Source: Squalus acanthias (lineage: Eukaryota). Taken from it: a DNA stretch of 64,000 nucleotides. How positions within the stretch are numbered: the first letter of the stretch is position 1; each line of letters opens with the position of its first letter. The translations under genes were made by a program, and so were the position numbers. Positions 1 through 12,663 of this stretch are shown here, piece by piece. The notes below the pieces were generated by a model. That model did not search any database. It saw only the letters and a program-made list of their open reading frames with translations, and was not told where the DNA came from. Location of the stretch: contig CM059433.1 in assembly GCA_030390025.1 (NCBI GenBank), positions 11,472,001 to 11,536,000 of the forward strand. The letters are read 5' to 3'.

Positions 1-585
1 ATTGGCTTTGACTACTACATGATCCTGTGATAGCATCATCGGTATCATGAACTGCAGATCTTGTGCAAACAGGAAATCCTGGTCTCCAAGCCAGAAACTA
101 TTGATACAGCTCCCTTCAGTGCTTCTTGTTCATCAAAGAGTCATTCCACAATAATGAAAGTTTCCCTAAACAGAGTCAAAACATCTGTATGTCTTATTAG
201 TAGTTATGTTAAGATTTCATTGTGAGATAATTAAGGAATACAGTTATAAGGTTGGAAATACTCTCTCAACTGAATTAGGTGTCAAAGTTTAGGAGAGAGT
301 TGGGCCCTCTAGTTGGCTGTTAGCTAGCTTTGGGTTCCCAAGATACTTAAGAAAAAAATCGAAGTACATTCTTAAAAGTACCATTTTAGACGAAACATAC
401 TCCACTGTTCCAAAGCACTTTTAATAAAAATACAGTGGAATGTACGTGCCGGATTATATAATAAGCCATTTCCTGTTCAGTGTTCGCTGATCCCACTGAC
501 TGCCAGATTATTCAAACCAGCAGGTGCTTAGCCATTTGCTGAACTGGCTGAATCTGTGGCTTTAATAATAAGATTGGAATGAGAT

Positions 586-1058
586 GGGATGAGAGGGCTG
601 TCCTATGATGAGAGATTGTGTAGAATGGGCCTATACTCTCAGGAGTTTAGAAGAATGAGAGGTGATCCCATTGAAACATACAAGATTCTGAGGGGATTGA
701 CAGGGTAGATGCTGAGAGGTTGTTTCCCCCCTGGCTGGAGTGTCTAGAACTAGGGGGCATAGTCTCAGGATAAGGGGTCGGCCATTTAGGACTGAGATGA
801 GGAGGAATTTCTTCACTCAGAGGGTTGTAAATCTTTGGAATTCTCTGCCCCAGAGGGCTGTGAATGCTGAGTCTTTGAGTATATTCAAGGCTGAGATAGA
901 TAGAGTTTTGGACTCTAGGTGAATCAAGGGATATGGAGATCGGGCGGGAAAGTGGAGTTAAGGTCAATGATCAGCCATGATCTTATTGAATGGCGGAGCA
1001 GGCTCGAGGGGCCGTATGGCCGACTCCTGCTCTTATTTCTTATGTTCTTATGTTCTTA
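586..1058 (+). mobile_element. CR1 LINE 3' fragment
   Basis: Encodes the CR1 ORF2 C-terminus (RTRGHSLRIRGRPFRTEMRRNFFTQRVVNLWNSLPQ), followed by the 3'UTR and a (TTCTTATG)n tail. Confidence 0.95.
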
Positions 1059-1290
1059 TAAGAAATAGGAGCAGGAGTCGGCCATTTGGCCCTTCGAGCC
1101 TGCTCTGCCATTCAATAAGATCATGGCTGATCTTCTACCTCATCTCCACTTTCCCGCACTATCCCCATATCACTTGATTCCCTTAATATTCAAAAATGTA
1201 TTGATCTCTGTCTTGAATATACTCAACGACTGAGCCTCCAGAGCCCTCTGGGGTAGAGAATTCCAAAGATTCACCACCCTCTGAGTGAAG
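1059..1290 (-). mobile_element. CR1 LINE 3' fragment, tail-to-tail with the previous copy
   Basis: Reverse-complement CR1 3'UTR; ORF 1170..1364 contains FTQRVVNLWNSLPQ. Confidence 0.93.
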
Positions 1291-1294
1291 TCTT

Positions 1295-1376
1295 CACTGT
1301 ACTTCTTTGGCTGAAAAGTGCTTTGTGACATCCTGGGGTCATGAAAGGCGCTATATAAAAGCAAGTTCTTTCTTTC
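1295..1376 (+). mobile_element. Deu-SINE (SacSINE1-like) 3' tail fragment
   Basis: GTCATGAAAGGCGCTATATAAAAGCAAGTTCTTTCTTTC matches the tail of the full copy at 13983-14419. Confidence 0.75.
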
Positions 1377-1416
1377 AGTCAGTTGAGATCCTTCTATTAA
1401 GCTTAATGAGGATGTG

Positions 1417-1586
1417 ATAGAACATAGAACATAGAACAGTACAGCACAGTACAGGCCCTTCGGCCCTCGATGTTGTGCCGAGCATTGTCCGAGACCAAGA
1501 TCAAGCTATCACACTCCCTATCACTCTGGTGTGCTCCATGTGCTTATCCAATAACTGCTTGAAAGTTCCTAAAGTGTCCGACTCCA
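1417..1586 (-). mobile_element. CR1 3' end, (CATAGAA)n tail family
   Basis: Near-identical to 22017-22190, the 3' end of an RT-bearing CR1. Confidence 0.92.
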
Positions 1587-1759
1587 GGCCTATACACATC
1601 ACATGCACAACTAAGAGCCTGCTGGGACCTTAGGAAAACATAGGCACATTCTTGACTTCACAGAGAAGAAGTAAATGAAGAATAATCTCTAAAGGTTCAG
1701 TAACTGCTGAGATCACTGTGAATTCATCAATCCCTCTGTTCAGCATCTTTGTGACTTCA

Positions 1760-2200
1760 TTGGTATCCTTTTGAAGTTGCATAGCTGACTTTCAGTGGGG
1801 AACATTGCAGATGGTTTTGCAGGACGACCTCGAGGAGCTGGTGGCTGGGATTGTGAAATGGAGTGATGGTGTTTCTTCTTCTTCTTCACTCTCCTCTCCC
1901 TCTTCTTGGTCACCCAGTAGCTGGGTAGGCTGGATTTCTTGGGTGTCTGAAATGAGGAAGGCACAGAGGTAGGGTTGTGGTGAGGGAATGGCAGGAAAGC
2001 AAGAGTATGCTTACACCATGCGCACCTTGTAAATCAGAAGAGATTGTGGGATGAGGGGCAAGTGGGATGTGAGAAGGAGGATATGTATGAGGATACTGGC
2101 ATCTTGTATTCTTTCAGCCTCGCTGCTACCCAAGGGCTCAGCCATGGCCCTGCCAAGAATGGCCAGCACTGTCTCCTCCAAGGGGGTGAGGTGGAGCTAG
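1760..2200 (-). pseudogene. Harbinger Myb/SANT-like (NAIF1-like) gene remnant, two downstream exons
   Basis: Minus-strand LTPLEETVLAILGRAMAEPLGSSEAERIQDA followed by GT, then TTTCAG and an acidic exon (QEEGEESEEEEETPSL). Resembles exon 2 of the Harbinger at 8576-8730. Confidence 0.6.
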
Positions 2201-2232
2201 GAATGGGAGGTGTACATTTGATGGGTAGAGAT

Positions 2233-5165
2233 TTTTTTTTTATTCGTTCATGGGATGTGGGCAATGCTGGCAAGGCCAACATTTATTGCACATCCCTAGT
2301 TGCCTTTGAGAAGGTGGTGGTGAGCCGCCTTCTTGAACCGCTGCAGTCCGTGTGGTGATGGTACTCCCACAGTGCTGTTAGGGAGGGAGTTCCAGGATTT
2401 TGATTCAGCGACGATGAAGGATCGGTCAATATACTTCCAAGTCAGGATGGTGTGTGACTTGGAGGGGAACTTGGAGGTGGTGGTGTTCCCATGCGCCTGC
2501 TGCCCTTGTCCTTCTAGGTGGAAGAGGTCGCGGGTTTGGGAGGTGCTGCCGAAGAAGCCTTGGCGAGTTGCTGCAGTGCATCTTGTAGATGGTACACACT
2601 GCAGCCACGGTACGCTGGTAGTGGAGGGAGTGAATGTTTAAGGTGGTGGATGGGGTGCCAATCAAGTGGGCTGCTTTGTCCTGGATGGTGTCAAGCTTCT
2701 TAAGTGTTGTTGGAGCTGCACTCATCCAGGCAAGTGGAGAGTATTCAATCATACTCCTGACTTGTGCCTTGTAGATGGTAAAAAGGCTTTGGGGAGTCAG
2801 GAGGTGAGACACTCGCCACAGAATACCCAGCCTCTGACCTGCTCTTGTTGCCACAGTATTTATGTAGCTGGTCCAGTTAAGTTTCTGGTCAATGGTGACC
2901 CCCAGGATATTGATGGTGGGGGATTCAGCGATGGTAATGCCGTTGAATGTCAAGGGGTGGTGGTTAGATGCTCGCTTGTTGGAGATAGTCATTGCCTGGC
3001 ACTTGTGTGGCACGAATGTTATCTGCCACTTATCAGCCCAAGCCTGAATATCATCCAGTTCTTGTTGCATGTGGGCATGGACTGCTTCATTATCTGAGGA
3101 GTTGCGAATGGCACTGAACACTGTGCAGTCATCAGTGAACATCCCCACTTCTGACCTTATGATGGAGGGAAGGTCATTGATGAAACAGCTGAAGATGTTT
3201 GTGCCTAGGACACTGCCCTGAGGATCTCCTGCAGCGATGTCCTGGGGCTGTGATGATTGACCTTCAACCACCACAACCATCTTCCTTTGTGCTACATATG
3301 ACTCCAGCCATTAAAGAATTTTCCCCCCGATTCCCAGTGACTTCAGTTTTACTGGGGCTTCTTGATGCCACACTCAGTCAAATGCTGCAGTGATTTCAAG
3401 GGCAGTCACTTTCACTTCACCTCTGGAATTCAGCTCCTTTGTCCATGTTTGGACCAAGGCTGCAATGAGGTCTGGAGCTGAGTGGTCTTGGCGGAACCCA
3501 AACTGAGCATCGGTGATCAGGTTTTTGGTGAGTAAGTGTCGCTTGATAGCACTGTCGACAACACCTTCCATCACTTTGCTGATGATTGAGAGTAGTCTGA
3601 TGGGGCGGTAATTGGCCGAATTGGATTTGTCCTTCTTTTTGTGGACAGGACATACCTGGGCAGTTTTCCACATTGTCGGATAGATGTCAGTGTTATAGCT
3701 GTACTGGAACAGCTTGGCTAGAGGCGCAGCTAGTTCTGGAGCACAAGTCTTCAGCCGGGATGTTGTCGGGGCCCATAGCCTTTGCTGTGTCTAGTGCGCT
3801 CAGTCGTTTCTTGATATCACATGGAGTAAATCGAATTGGCTGAAGACTGGGTTCTGTGGTGGTGGGTACCTAAGGAGAAGGCCAATATGGATCATCCACT
3901 TGGCACTTCTGGGTGAAGATGGTTGCAAACGCTTCAGCTTTGTCTTTTGCACTCACGTGCTGGGCTCCACCATCATTGAGGATGCGGATATTCATGGAGC
4001 CTTCTCCTCCCGTTAGTTATTTAATGGTCCATCACCATTCATGACTGGATGTGACAGGACTGCAGAGCTTTGATCTGATCCGTTGATTATGGGATCGCTT
4101 AGCTCTGTCTATAGCATGCTGTTTACGCTTTTCAGCATGCATGTAGTCCTGTGTTGTAGCTTCCCCAGGTTGGCACCGCATTTTTAGATACGCCTGGTGC
4201 TGCTCCTGGCATGCTCTTCTATACTCCTTATTGGTCCCCTGGCTTGGTGGTAATGGTAGAGGGAGGGATATGCCGGGCCATGTGGTTACAGATTGTGGTG
4301 GAATACAATTCTGTTGCTGCTAATGGCCCACAGCACCTCATGGATGCCCAGTTTTGAGCTGCTAGATCTGTTCTGAATCTATCCCATTTAGCACAGTGGT
4401 AGTGCCATACAACACGATGGAGGGTGTCCTCGGAGTGAAGACGGGACTTCGTCTTCACAAGGACTGTACAGTGGTCACTGCTACCAATGCTGTCATGGAC
4501 AGATGCATCTGTGACAGGTAGATTGGTGAGGACAAGGTCAAGTAGGTTTTTCCCTTGTGTTGGTTCTCTCACCACCTGCTGCAGGCCCAGTCTGGCAGCT
4601 ATGTCCTTCAGGACTCGGCCAGCTTGGTCAGTAGTTGTGCTACCGAGCCATTCTTGGTGATGGACATTGAAGTCCTGCACCCAGAGTACATTCTGTGCCC
4701 TTGCTACAAGTGGTGCTCAACATGGACAAGCACTGATTCATCAGCTGTAGGTGGGCGGTAGGTGCTAATCAGCAGGAGGTTTCCTTGCCCATGCTTGACC
4801 TGAAGCCATGAGACTTCATGGGGTCTGGAGTCAATGTTGAGGACTCCCAGGGCCACTCCCTCCCTACTGTATACCATTGTGCCGCCACCTCTGGTGGGTC
4901 TATCCTGCCGGTGGGACAGGATATACCCAGGGATGGTGATGGAGGATTCTGGGACATTGGCTGAAAGGCATGATGCTGCGAGTATGATTATGTCAGGCTG
5001 TTGCTTGACTAGTCTGTGGGACAGTTCTCCCAATTTTGACGCACGTCCCCAGATGTTAGTGAGGAGGACTTTGCAGGGTCGACTGGGCTGGGTGTGCCGT
5101 TGTCCTGTCCGAAGCTGGTGCCGAAGTCGATACCAGGTGGTCCATCCAGTTTTACTCTTATTATT
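2233..5165 (-). mobile_element. Poly(A)-tailed non-LTR retrotransposon (CR1/Jockey group, 'family B'), near full length APE+RT, degenerate
   Basis: APE motifs (RGGG, YRPP, DFN, LDLVLT, SDH) and RT motifs (YRPI, QFGFR, PQGSVLG, FTDD) across ORFs 4704..5267, 4228..4680, 3374..3673 and 2426..3280; poly(T) at 2233-2242. Confidence 0.95.
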
Positions 5166-5220
5166 GAGTGACTGTGCGGTGGTCCCTGCTACCAATGCTG
5201 TCATGGACAGATGCATCTGT

Positions 5221-5303
5221 TCCTGACCCACTGTCAAAAAAAACAACTTTCCCACCAGATCCACCACCGATCGCGCCCGCTACCACCAAGGAAAATACAA
5301 CCC
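5221..5303. mobile_element. Harbinger-type terminal fragment
   Basis: Ends in GGAAAATACAACCC. The subterminal AACAACTTTCCCACC...CCACCGATC is shared with 44620-44687 and resembles 24890-24959. Confidence 0.6.
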
Positions 5304-5936
5304 TAGGTATCGAACATAGAGTCACTGATCTCTATGGCTCAGTTACTGGTTGCACTTAACTACAAAGGAAGCCGTGAACAGATTGGGCACTGGACTCAAA
5401 GGGAGATAAAATAAGCTTTTCAGGTTCAGGAATCTGTACAATTGGGGTAAACTGGATGGTTCCTATTGCCTATCTAGTTTCTAGGCTTCTTGCTGATAGA
5501 CAGATTAAACAAAACAATGAGATAAGCCAACTTCAAAGTATGATAAAAGGCTGCGTACCTGAAATGACCATTAATTACTTAGCTGAATAGTTTAATCAGC
5601 ATCAGACTTCGGTCCTTATTCTAGCAACAAAATATTAATTGTCACAGTGGTAATAAAAGGAAGTTCTGTGAAAAATTGTTTCTTGGAACAAAAAGTAGCA
5701 TTTTCAGTGCCACATATCCTTCTTTGCAATGCTTAGAGTGAACTCAGGTAAAACTAGTGCTAAAGAGCCTAAACCCTGTGAACACCAGTGCTCCTGAGTC
5801 TACAACTCAAGTAAAATCACTGTCAGTGTCCTGAACCCAAGTAAACTCATTGCTGAAGACTCTCAAATGTGAGTAAAATCAGCGCTAGTGTCTTGAACCT
5901 GGTAAAATCAATGTGAGAGTGCAAAATTCTGAGTAA

Positions 5937-7283
5937 GTCCTTGAACATGTTGTCGCCTCCCAAATCCATGCCCATCTTTCCGGGAGCTCCATGTTTGAAT
6001 CACTCAAATCAAGGTTGCCGCCCTTGCCACAGTACCGAAACGGCTCTTATCAAAGTCACAAATGACATCTTTGTGACTGTGACAAAGGTAAACTATCCCT
6101 CCTCGTCCTTCTCGACCTGTCTGCAGCCTTTGACACTGGTTGAACACTCCATCCTCTCCAACGCCTCTCCACCGTCGTCCAGCTGGGTGGGACTGCACTC
6201 GCCTGGTTCCATTCTTATCAATCTAATCGTAACCAGAGAATCACATGCAAAGGCTTCTCTTCCCGCTCCCGCATCGTTACCTCTGATGTCCCACAAGGAT
6301 CTGTCCTTGGCCCCCCTCCTATTTCTCATCTACATGTTGCCCCTTGGCGACATCATCCGAAAACACAGCGTCAGTTTCCACATGTACGCTGATGACACCC
6401 AGCTCTACCTCACCACCTCTTCACTCGACCCCTCCACTGTCTCTAAATTGTCAGACTGCTTGTCCGACATCCAGTACCGGATGAGCAGAAATTTCCTCTA
6501 ACGAAATATTGGGAAGACTGAAGCCATTGTCTTTGGTCCCCGCCACAACTCCTTTCCCTAGCCACTGACTCCATCCTTCTCCCTAGCATCTGTCTGAGGC
6601 TGAACCAGACTGTTCGCAACCTTGGTGTCATATTTGACCCTGAAATGAGCTTCCGACCACAAATCCGTGCCATAACTAAGACCGCCTATTTCCACCTCCG
6701 TAACATCGCCCGTCTCCGCCCTTGCCTCAGCTCATCCGCTGCTGAAACCCTCATCCATGCCTTTGTTACCTCTAGACTTGACTATTCTAACGCACTCCTG
6801 GCTCGCCTCCCACATTCTACCCTACGTAAACTTGGGGTCATCCAACGCCTCGATTTCAAAATTCTCATCCTTGGTTTCAAAGCCCTCCCTGACCTCATCC
6901 CTCCCTATCTCTGTAATCTCTTCCAGCCCCACCTCCACCAGCACACCCCACCACCCCCCCCCTCACCCCCCCCCGCCGAGATATCTGCGCTCCTCTAATT
7001 CTGGCCTCTTGAGAATCCCTGATTTTAATCGCTCGACCATTGGTGGCCGTGCCTTCAGCTGCCATGGCCCTAATCTGTGGAATTCCCTCCCTACACCTCT
7101 CCGCCTCTCTACCTCTCCTCTCCTTTAAGATGCTCCTTAAAACCTACCTCTTTGACCAAGTCTGCCCTAATTTCTCCTTCTGTGGCTCGGTGTCAAATTT
7201 TGTTTGATAACGCTCCTGTGAAGCACCTTGGGACGTTTTACTACGTTAAAGGCGCTTGTATAAATACAAGGTTGTTATTGTTG
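5937..7283 (+). mobile_element. L2 LINE 3' portion (RT), frameshifted, with an internal deletion
   Basis: [43 protein letters not shown] and GGRAFS..P.LWNSLP motifs; (TTG)n tail. Confidence 0.95.
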
Positions 7284-7317
7284 TAAAATCTTGAACCTGA
7301 GTAGAATCTGTGCTTGT

Positions 7318-7667
7318 GTCAGCTGTAGTTCAATGGCAGCACTCGCGACCCTGAGTCATAAATTTGTAGATTTAAGCCCCTCTCCTGGACTTGAGCACAT
7401 CATTCAGGCTGTAGAAAGACACTACTGAGGGAGTTCTGCACTGACAGAGGTGCCGTCTTTCAGATGAGACGTTAAGCCGAGACCCCCGTCTGACATCTCA
7501 GGTGAACATAAAAGAAGCCACAGCACTATTTTGAAAAGAGCAGATTATCTGGACCTTGCTGTGCACAAATTCCTACATTACATCAGTGATTACACGTCAA
7601 AAAGTAAAGCGTTTTGGGACATCTTGAGGTCGTGAAAGGTGTCCTATAAATGCAAGTGTTTCTTTCT
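7318..7667 (+). mobile_element. Deu-domain tRNA SINE (SacSINE1-like)
   Basis: tRNA-like head, GGTGCCGTCTTTCAGATGAGACGTTAA Deu core and L2-like tail. Confidence 0.85.
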
Positions 7668-7773
7668 AGTCTCAAACCTGATTAAAAGCAGTGCTAGTGT
7701 CTAGGCCCTGAGTCAAACCACTGCTCGAGAGTCCCAAAGCTGACTAAAGTTATTTCTATCGCCTTGAGTTCAT

Positions 7774-10700
7774 GGGGTCGATATTTGTGTGTCGTGCAGA
7801 CCCAGCGGGTAGCGTCCACTCCACCCTCCCGATGATGTGGACAAGGGCCCAATCCATTTTCATGGTCCAACCTCATTTAAGTGTAATCGATGTGATGCCA
7901 GCACTAATCGTGTTCATCTTAGGTAGCCCGCCGATTGGAAGGGTGGAAAAGCTGGTGGGGCTGCTGCTACTTAAAGGCAGCCTGCTCCTCTTAAAGGAGA
8001 GATGCAGTTTTCAATGCTGATTCGTTGCAACTGATTTTTAGAATCCGCTGGCAAAATTACTTTCTCCAGGGCTCTGAGATTTTCTGAGATGGTGCCATGG
8101 AGGTGCTCATAGACCAAGTGAGCACCAGGAAGGAGGTCATCCTCCACTCTGATTGGCACCGGGTGCCAAGCCAAATTTGACAGCAGCCAATGAAAGGTGG
8201 CAGAGCATGTCAACGCCAACAGAATTGTACCCAGGACAAGGCAGAAGTGCAGGGGTAAATTTAATGATCTCACCAGGACTGCAATGGTAAGAGTCCCCTT
8301 CACATCTCTTTTACTCTCTGCACAGCCTTGCACCACTCTAGTTTAGTCTTGGCACTACTATCCATCCCTTCCCCATATCCCATGCCCCTTCTCCAACTGC
8401 AACAGGACCCCACAATGCACCCCCTCTTCTACTACAGCCCTCAGAACAACTTCCCCTTCTTGCCCACATTTTCTGATTTTTCCTCTCATCATGTGCACTA
8501 TGCCAAGTTGCCTCACGTGTCTTCAAAACCCTTTAAAAAGGCTAACACACTAAACCACTTCCACCCTTCTTGCAGGAGGAGCTGACATACAAGAGAAGGG
8601 AGAACAGGAGGAGGACTTGCTTTGGTGCTTATGCTCAGACCAATGGAGGAGGCCAACATTCAGATAATTGGCAGAGAGAGAGGGGGGACAGCATTGAAGA
8701 GGGAGAGGCAGAAGGCCGCTCACAGCAAGGCGTTTGGGTATCTTCCCTTCCTTCACTCTTTATACTTAACTCTCTCACTCATACACTCAGCATGGCAAAC
8801 TGGTGGTGCCTTGTGCTGCCACCCATCTGCTACTGCTTTCCCTTGCCATTATGTGCTAACCCATGTCACTCTTCCCTTTTTCTAGGTCCATCAGTTAGTC
8901 TCAGGCCTTACTGGAGCACAACCGAAGGGGAGAGCCCTCCCGGAGCTGGTGACCCTCCAATATTAGTTAACATAAATATCAATGTTGGCCTTTGGGCAGA
9001 TGCAGTTTATTTGAGAATAGAAGGACGGGGAGAGATGTTGGACATCACTGTTATGATTGTTTAGCTGAATCACTCTTCCTTGCGCTGCTGTCAAAAAGCT
9101 GTGGTTTCAGTCAGTGCTTGGAGCTCACCCGCTTCCTTGCCATCTTCTACATCATCAGTGTCCTTTCCCTCCTCATGATGCAGGTCCTCCTCCAATGCTG
9201 GCTTTCTGTGTCATCTCCATTGCAGGGCAAATTTATGCAGCTTACAGCAAACCACAATCATACGGGACATTCTTTGTGGGCTGTATTGCAGGAGGCCGCC
9301 TGATCTGTCCAGGTAGTGGAATCGTTGCTTGAGGACTCCAATAGTTTGCTCAAAGCGGTCTCTAGTCAACCCATGGATCTGATGGCAGCACAGTTCAATA
9401 GCCGAGCATGGGTTCCTGAAGGAGTCATGAGCCAAGTGTGAAGGAGATAACCCTTGTCCCTAAGCAGCCAGCCTCTAAAAGTCTCATGGCAGATGCCAGG
9501 ATAGTGGGCAAATTTGTTGTAAGAGGTGTCACAACTCTGTGACAGCCTCATAGGATTACATCGTATTACATAGGATATACAGCACAGAAACAGGTCATTC
9601 GGCTCAACCAGTCCATGACAGCTGGTCCTCCCCTTAAATGCATCTATACTATTCACTCCAACCACCCCCTGTGGTAGCGAGTTCCACATTCTCACCACTC
9701 TCTGGGTGAAGAGATTTCTCCTGAATTCCCTATTTGATTTCTTCATGACAATCTTATATTGATGGCCTCTAGTTATGCTCTTCTCCACAAGTGGAAACTC
9801 TCTCTCTCTGTATCTACTCTATCAAAACCTGTCATAATTTTAAAGACCACTATTAGGTCACCCCTCAGCCTTCTCTTTTCAGAAGAAAAGTGACCCAGCC
9901 TGTTCATCGTTTCTTGTAGGGATTCCATTATTTTTCCTATCAATGATGTTAAGCTGACTGGTCTATAGTTCCCTGGATGTGTTCTATCTCCCTTCTTAAA
10001 TAATCGGTATTACGTTAGCTATCCACCAGTCCTCTGGCACTACACCTTTTTCTAACGAATTACTAAATATGTGTAGTAATGCCTCAGCTATCTCTTCCCT
10101 AGATTCTTTTAAAATGCGTGGATGTAATCCATCCGGACCAGGGGCTTTATCCTCTTTGAGTTTGATTAGTTTATTTAATATTGCTCCTCTTTTTAGTTTA
10201 AATGCGGTTATCTCATTTCTAATCTCATCATCCGATGTCATGTCCACCTGATCTGTCTCCCTGGTAAATACTGAAGCAAAGTAATTATTTAATAATTCTG
10301 CCATTTCGCTGTCACTGTCTGTGATTCTATCCTGTCCGTCCCTTAATGGTCCTATTCCTATCCCAACTTTCCTTTTTTTATTTATGTGCCTATAGAATAT
10401 TTTACTGTTTTGTTTTATGTTCTTGATAACTTAATTTCATAGTTCCTCTTTGCCTTCCTAATTGTTTTTTTGACTTCTCTCCTAATCTCTTTGTATTCTC
10501 CCTTGTCAAGCTCCCCCCTGCTGCCCATGTACTTAGTATATGCCTCTTTCCTTGCTCTCAATTTTTCCCTTGTGTCTTTATTCATCCATGGTGTCTTGCT
10601 AGAAAAGTACAGCCTCCTTATACACTGCTGCTCAGCGAATTGTAGGTATGTTGTTATGGGCCTGTACACCTTAACAGGAGGTTGAAGGATTTCTGCGAGC

Positions 10701-11282
10701 ACGCCTCCTTCTATTTGCCTTTCCTGCAGCCGTAGCTCTGCATGCTCCTTCCTCCCGCATCTCCAACTCCTCCTCTTCCTCTGGCTAGAGTGGAATTGGC
10801 AGAAGGACCCCATGAAAAAAGTGCATTGCTGGGGGCCCCTAAAGAGTTCAGAACATTCCACAGGCACGACAGGCACTTTGAGGTTGCCTAAGAAGCCAAA
10901 AAGCACAATGTCATAGGAGAGAAATGTCTCCCAAAACCTTCCACGGCTTTTACCTGAGTGCAGCTGAGGACCCTTTTAATGCTGCTAAAAATGGCCACCG
11001 CCCGACTTGTACCGTCCACCTTTTGTGGCTGGTTGAGGAACTGACGATAGCAATGCGGGTAGAGACCAAAATGGTGTCAGGTTTCAGAACGTAATTCGAC
11101 CCTGATTTACATATATTTATTAGGCCCCCCACCTGTTCCATGCAGGAACACCGGCCGCCCAAATCAGGGTCTGCTCATAAATGGGAGTGGGCAGACATCC
11201 AGTGGCATGTCCACGATGATTTAAAAAAAATATTCATCCCGCTACTGCCCTACTTACACCTGAAAATGAAACCATTGGCCCC
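7774..11282. mobile_element. Decayed autonomous PIF/Harbinger transposon (Myb-like gene on +, DDE transposase on -), interrupted by CR1
   Basis: Myb exon ~8070-8286 (VAEHVNANRIVPRTRQKCRGKFNDL, GTAAGA donor) and exon 2 from 8576. Transposase pieces 9200-9515 (LRDKGY; FEQTIGVLKQRFHYLDRSGGLLQYSP..VVCCKLH) and ~10598-10760 (YLQFAEQQCIRRL). Degenerate ends GGGGTCGATATTT / AAACCATTGGCCCC. Confidence 0.85.
9555..10596 (-). mobile_element. CR1 LINE with a large internal deletion, inserted into the Harbinger transposase
   Basis: 3' end (TRGHQYK..RNLFTQRVV) joined near 9920 to upstream ORF2 (KAPGPDGLHPRILKE; PWMNKD). Confidence 0.9.
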
Positions 11283-11675
11283 ACAATACATAGATTTCCC
11301 ATTGACAATGCTGCACACTTGTCATTCGTATAAAGGGGATTTTCCGAACTGATCACAGCAGTACTTATGAAGGGTGACACCCAAAACATTCACCTGCTGT
11401 TGTCTCTCGGTTGCCGTGCTTTCCTTTTTATTTCAGGTTGTAAAGGTGGGCCTGTCAGTAGTCAAAGTTTACATGTATCTCCTCGACAGAACAAATTGCT
11501 CATCAGCTTCTGGCTGATTAACTCAAGGGCATCTGGCTGCTTGCTTTAAAAAAAAATGTCCCAGGCGATTTAGCAGCGCAGGATTAAGAAAACGATGACG
11601 GATGTGTGCTAACTGTGTAGGAGTGAAGCGCCTGAAAGTTGTCAATAGAAAGCAAATTGTTATTTTGGGGAAGTC

Positions 11676-11709
11676 ATGCAGGCATTCCTCAGAGACAGAC
11701 ATGCTGCGA
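11676..11709 (+). CDS. Candidate first coding exon (MQAFLRDRHAA) of an unidentified host gene
   Basis: GTCATGC start context, upstream in-frame TAG, strong CGA|GTGAGT donor, possible acceptor TTTCAG at 11436. No homology evidence. Confidence 0.3.
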
Positions 11710-12663
11710 GTGAGTCTGTAAAACTTTATTTACTTCTAACAGACATAATACCATGTTTAGAAGACACTTAATGTGACATTTATTTAAGGTGATTATCAGC
11801 TTACATACCTCCAAAAGATTAAAAACACCTGCCCCTGTCTGCACGCAGATGTGCCCCTGTGGGGAGCATGTTTAAGCAAATAAATGGAACAGAAGGTTTT
11901 AATTCTATAAATCTTACCAGCCTGTTTTAATGTACCAATAAGGTTACAGTTAACGCCTTGCAGCGGTTCAACAGATATGAACTTCCAGAAAGTTCATTAA
12001 AAGGACAGACCTTACCGAATTTCTTACACGTAACTCATTTATTGACTCGATCAACGCATCTTCCTCTGATAAATAATAAAGAAGCGAGCATTTATATAGG
12101 GCTTGCCATAAACTGGGACCAATAATGCACGCTGTGTATCTGGTACTGTGGAGCTGGTTTCTGTAGATCAAGCAAACTCAGTCCATTTTAATCATTTTTT
12201 GGTGCACCGTGCACATTTCTCGTGACGTGCGGGGAGTGCCAGGACTGTGTTCTCGACTGCCAGCAGATAACGGAGGGCTGTTGGTTGCCAGCTGTTTTGC
12301 AAAGGCACTTTCCCCGCAAAGGAGAGGGGGGTTGGGGGGGTGTGGGGGAGGACCACTGGGCACAGGGCTCAGGAGTCAAATGGCAAGGAGGTTTTGGGGA
12401 GGAGGTGTGGGGAAACAGTCCAGAGGGCCAGGGGTGACAGTAGGCCAGAGGGGCCGAGAGAGAAATGGATTTATTTTTTAAATTTGAATGGTGGTCTTCC
12501 TTTCAGCGCCCATTGGGAATGGACACTGTGCAGCTGGAGCGCATTATGCATTGGCCACCTAATTATCATTGAAGTCAGGGTCCTAATGAACCTCGAGCAT
12601 AGCTTTTGTGCCAGCTCCCAGCCCTCTTTGTACTGGTGCATTGGGGTATGTCATAGAGTCAGT

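Larger units (their letters stand above)
5740..7770. repeat. Degenerate ~30/32-bp minisatellite split by L2 and SINE insertions (5740-5935, 7284-7317, 7667-7770)
   Basis: Recurrent unit ~AACCTGAGTAAAATCAGTGCTAGTGTCTTG in all three segments. Confidence 0.65.

Noticed and set aside
12016..12065. Minus-strand 50-bp exon candidate (EEDALIESINELRVRNS)
   Set aside because: The splice sites look good, but the pyrimidine tract appears to be a SINE tail remnant and I found no partner exons on the minus strand.
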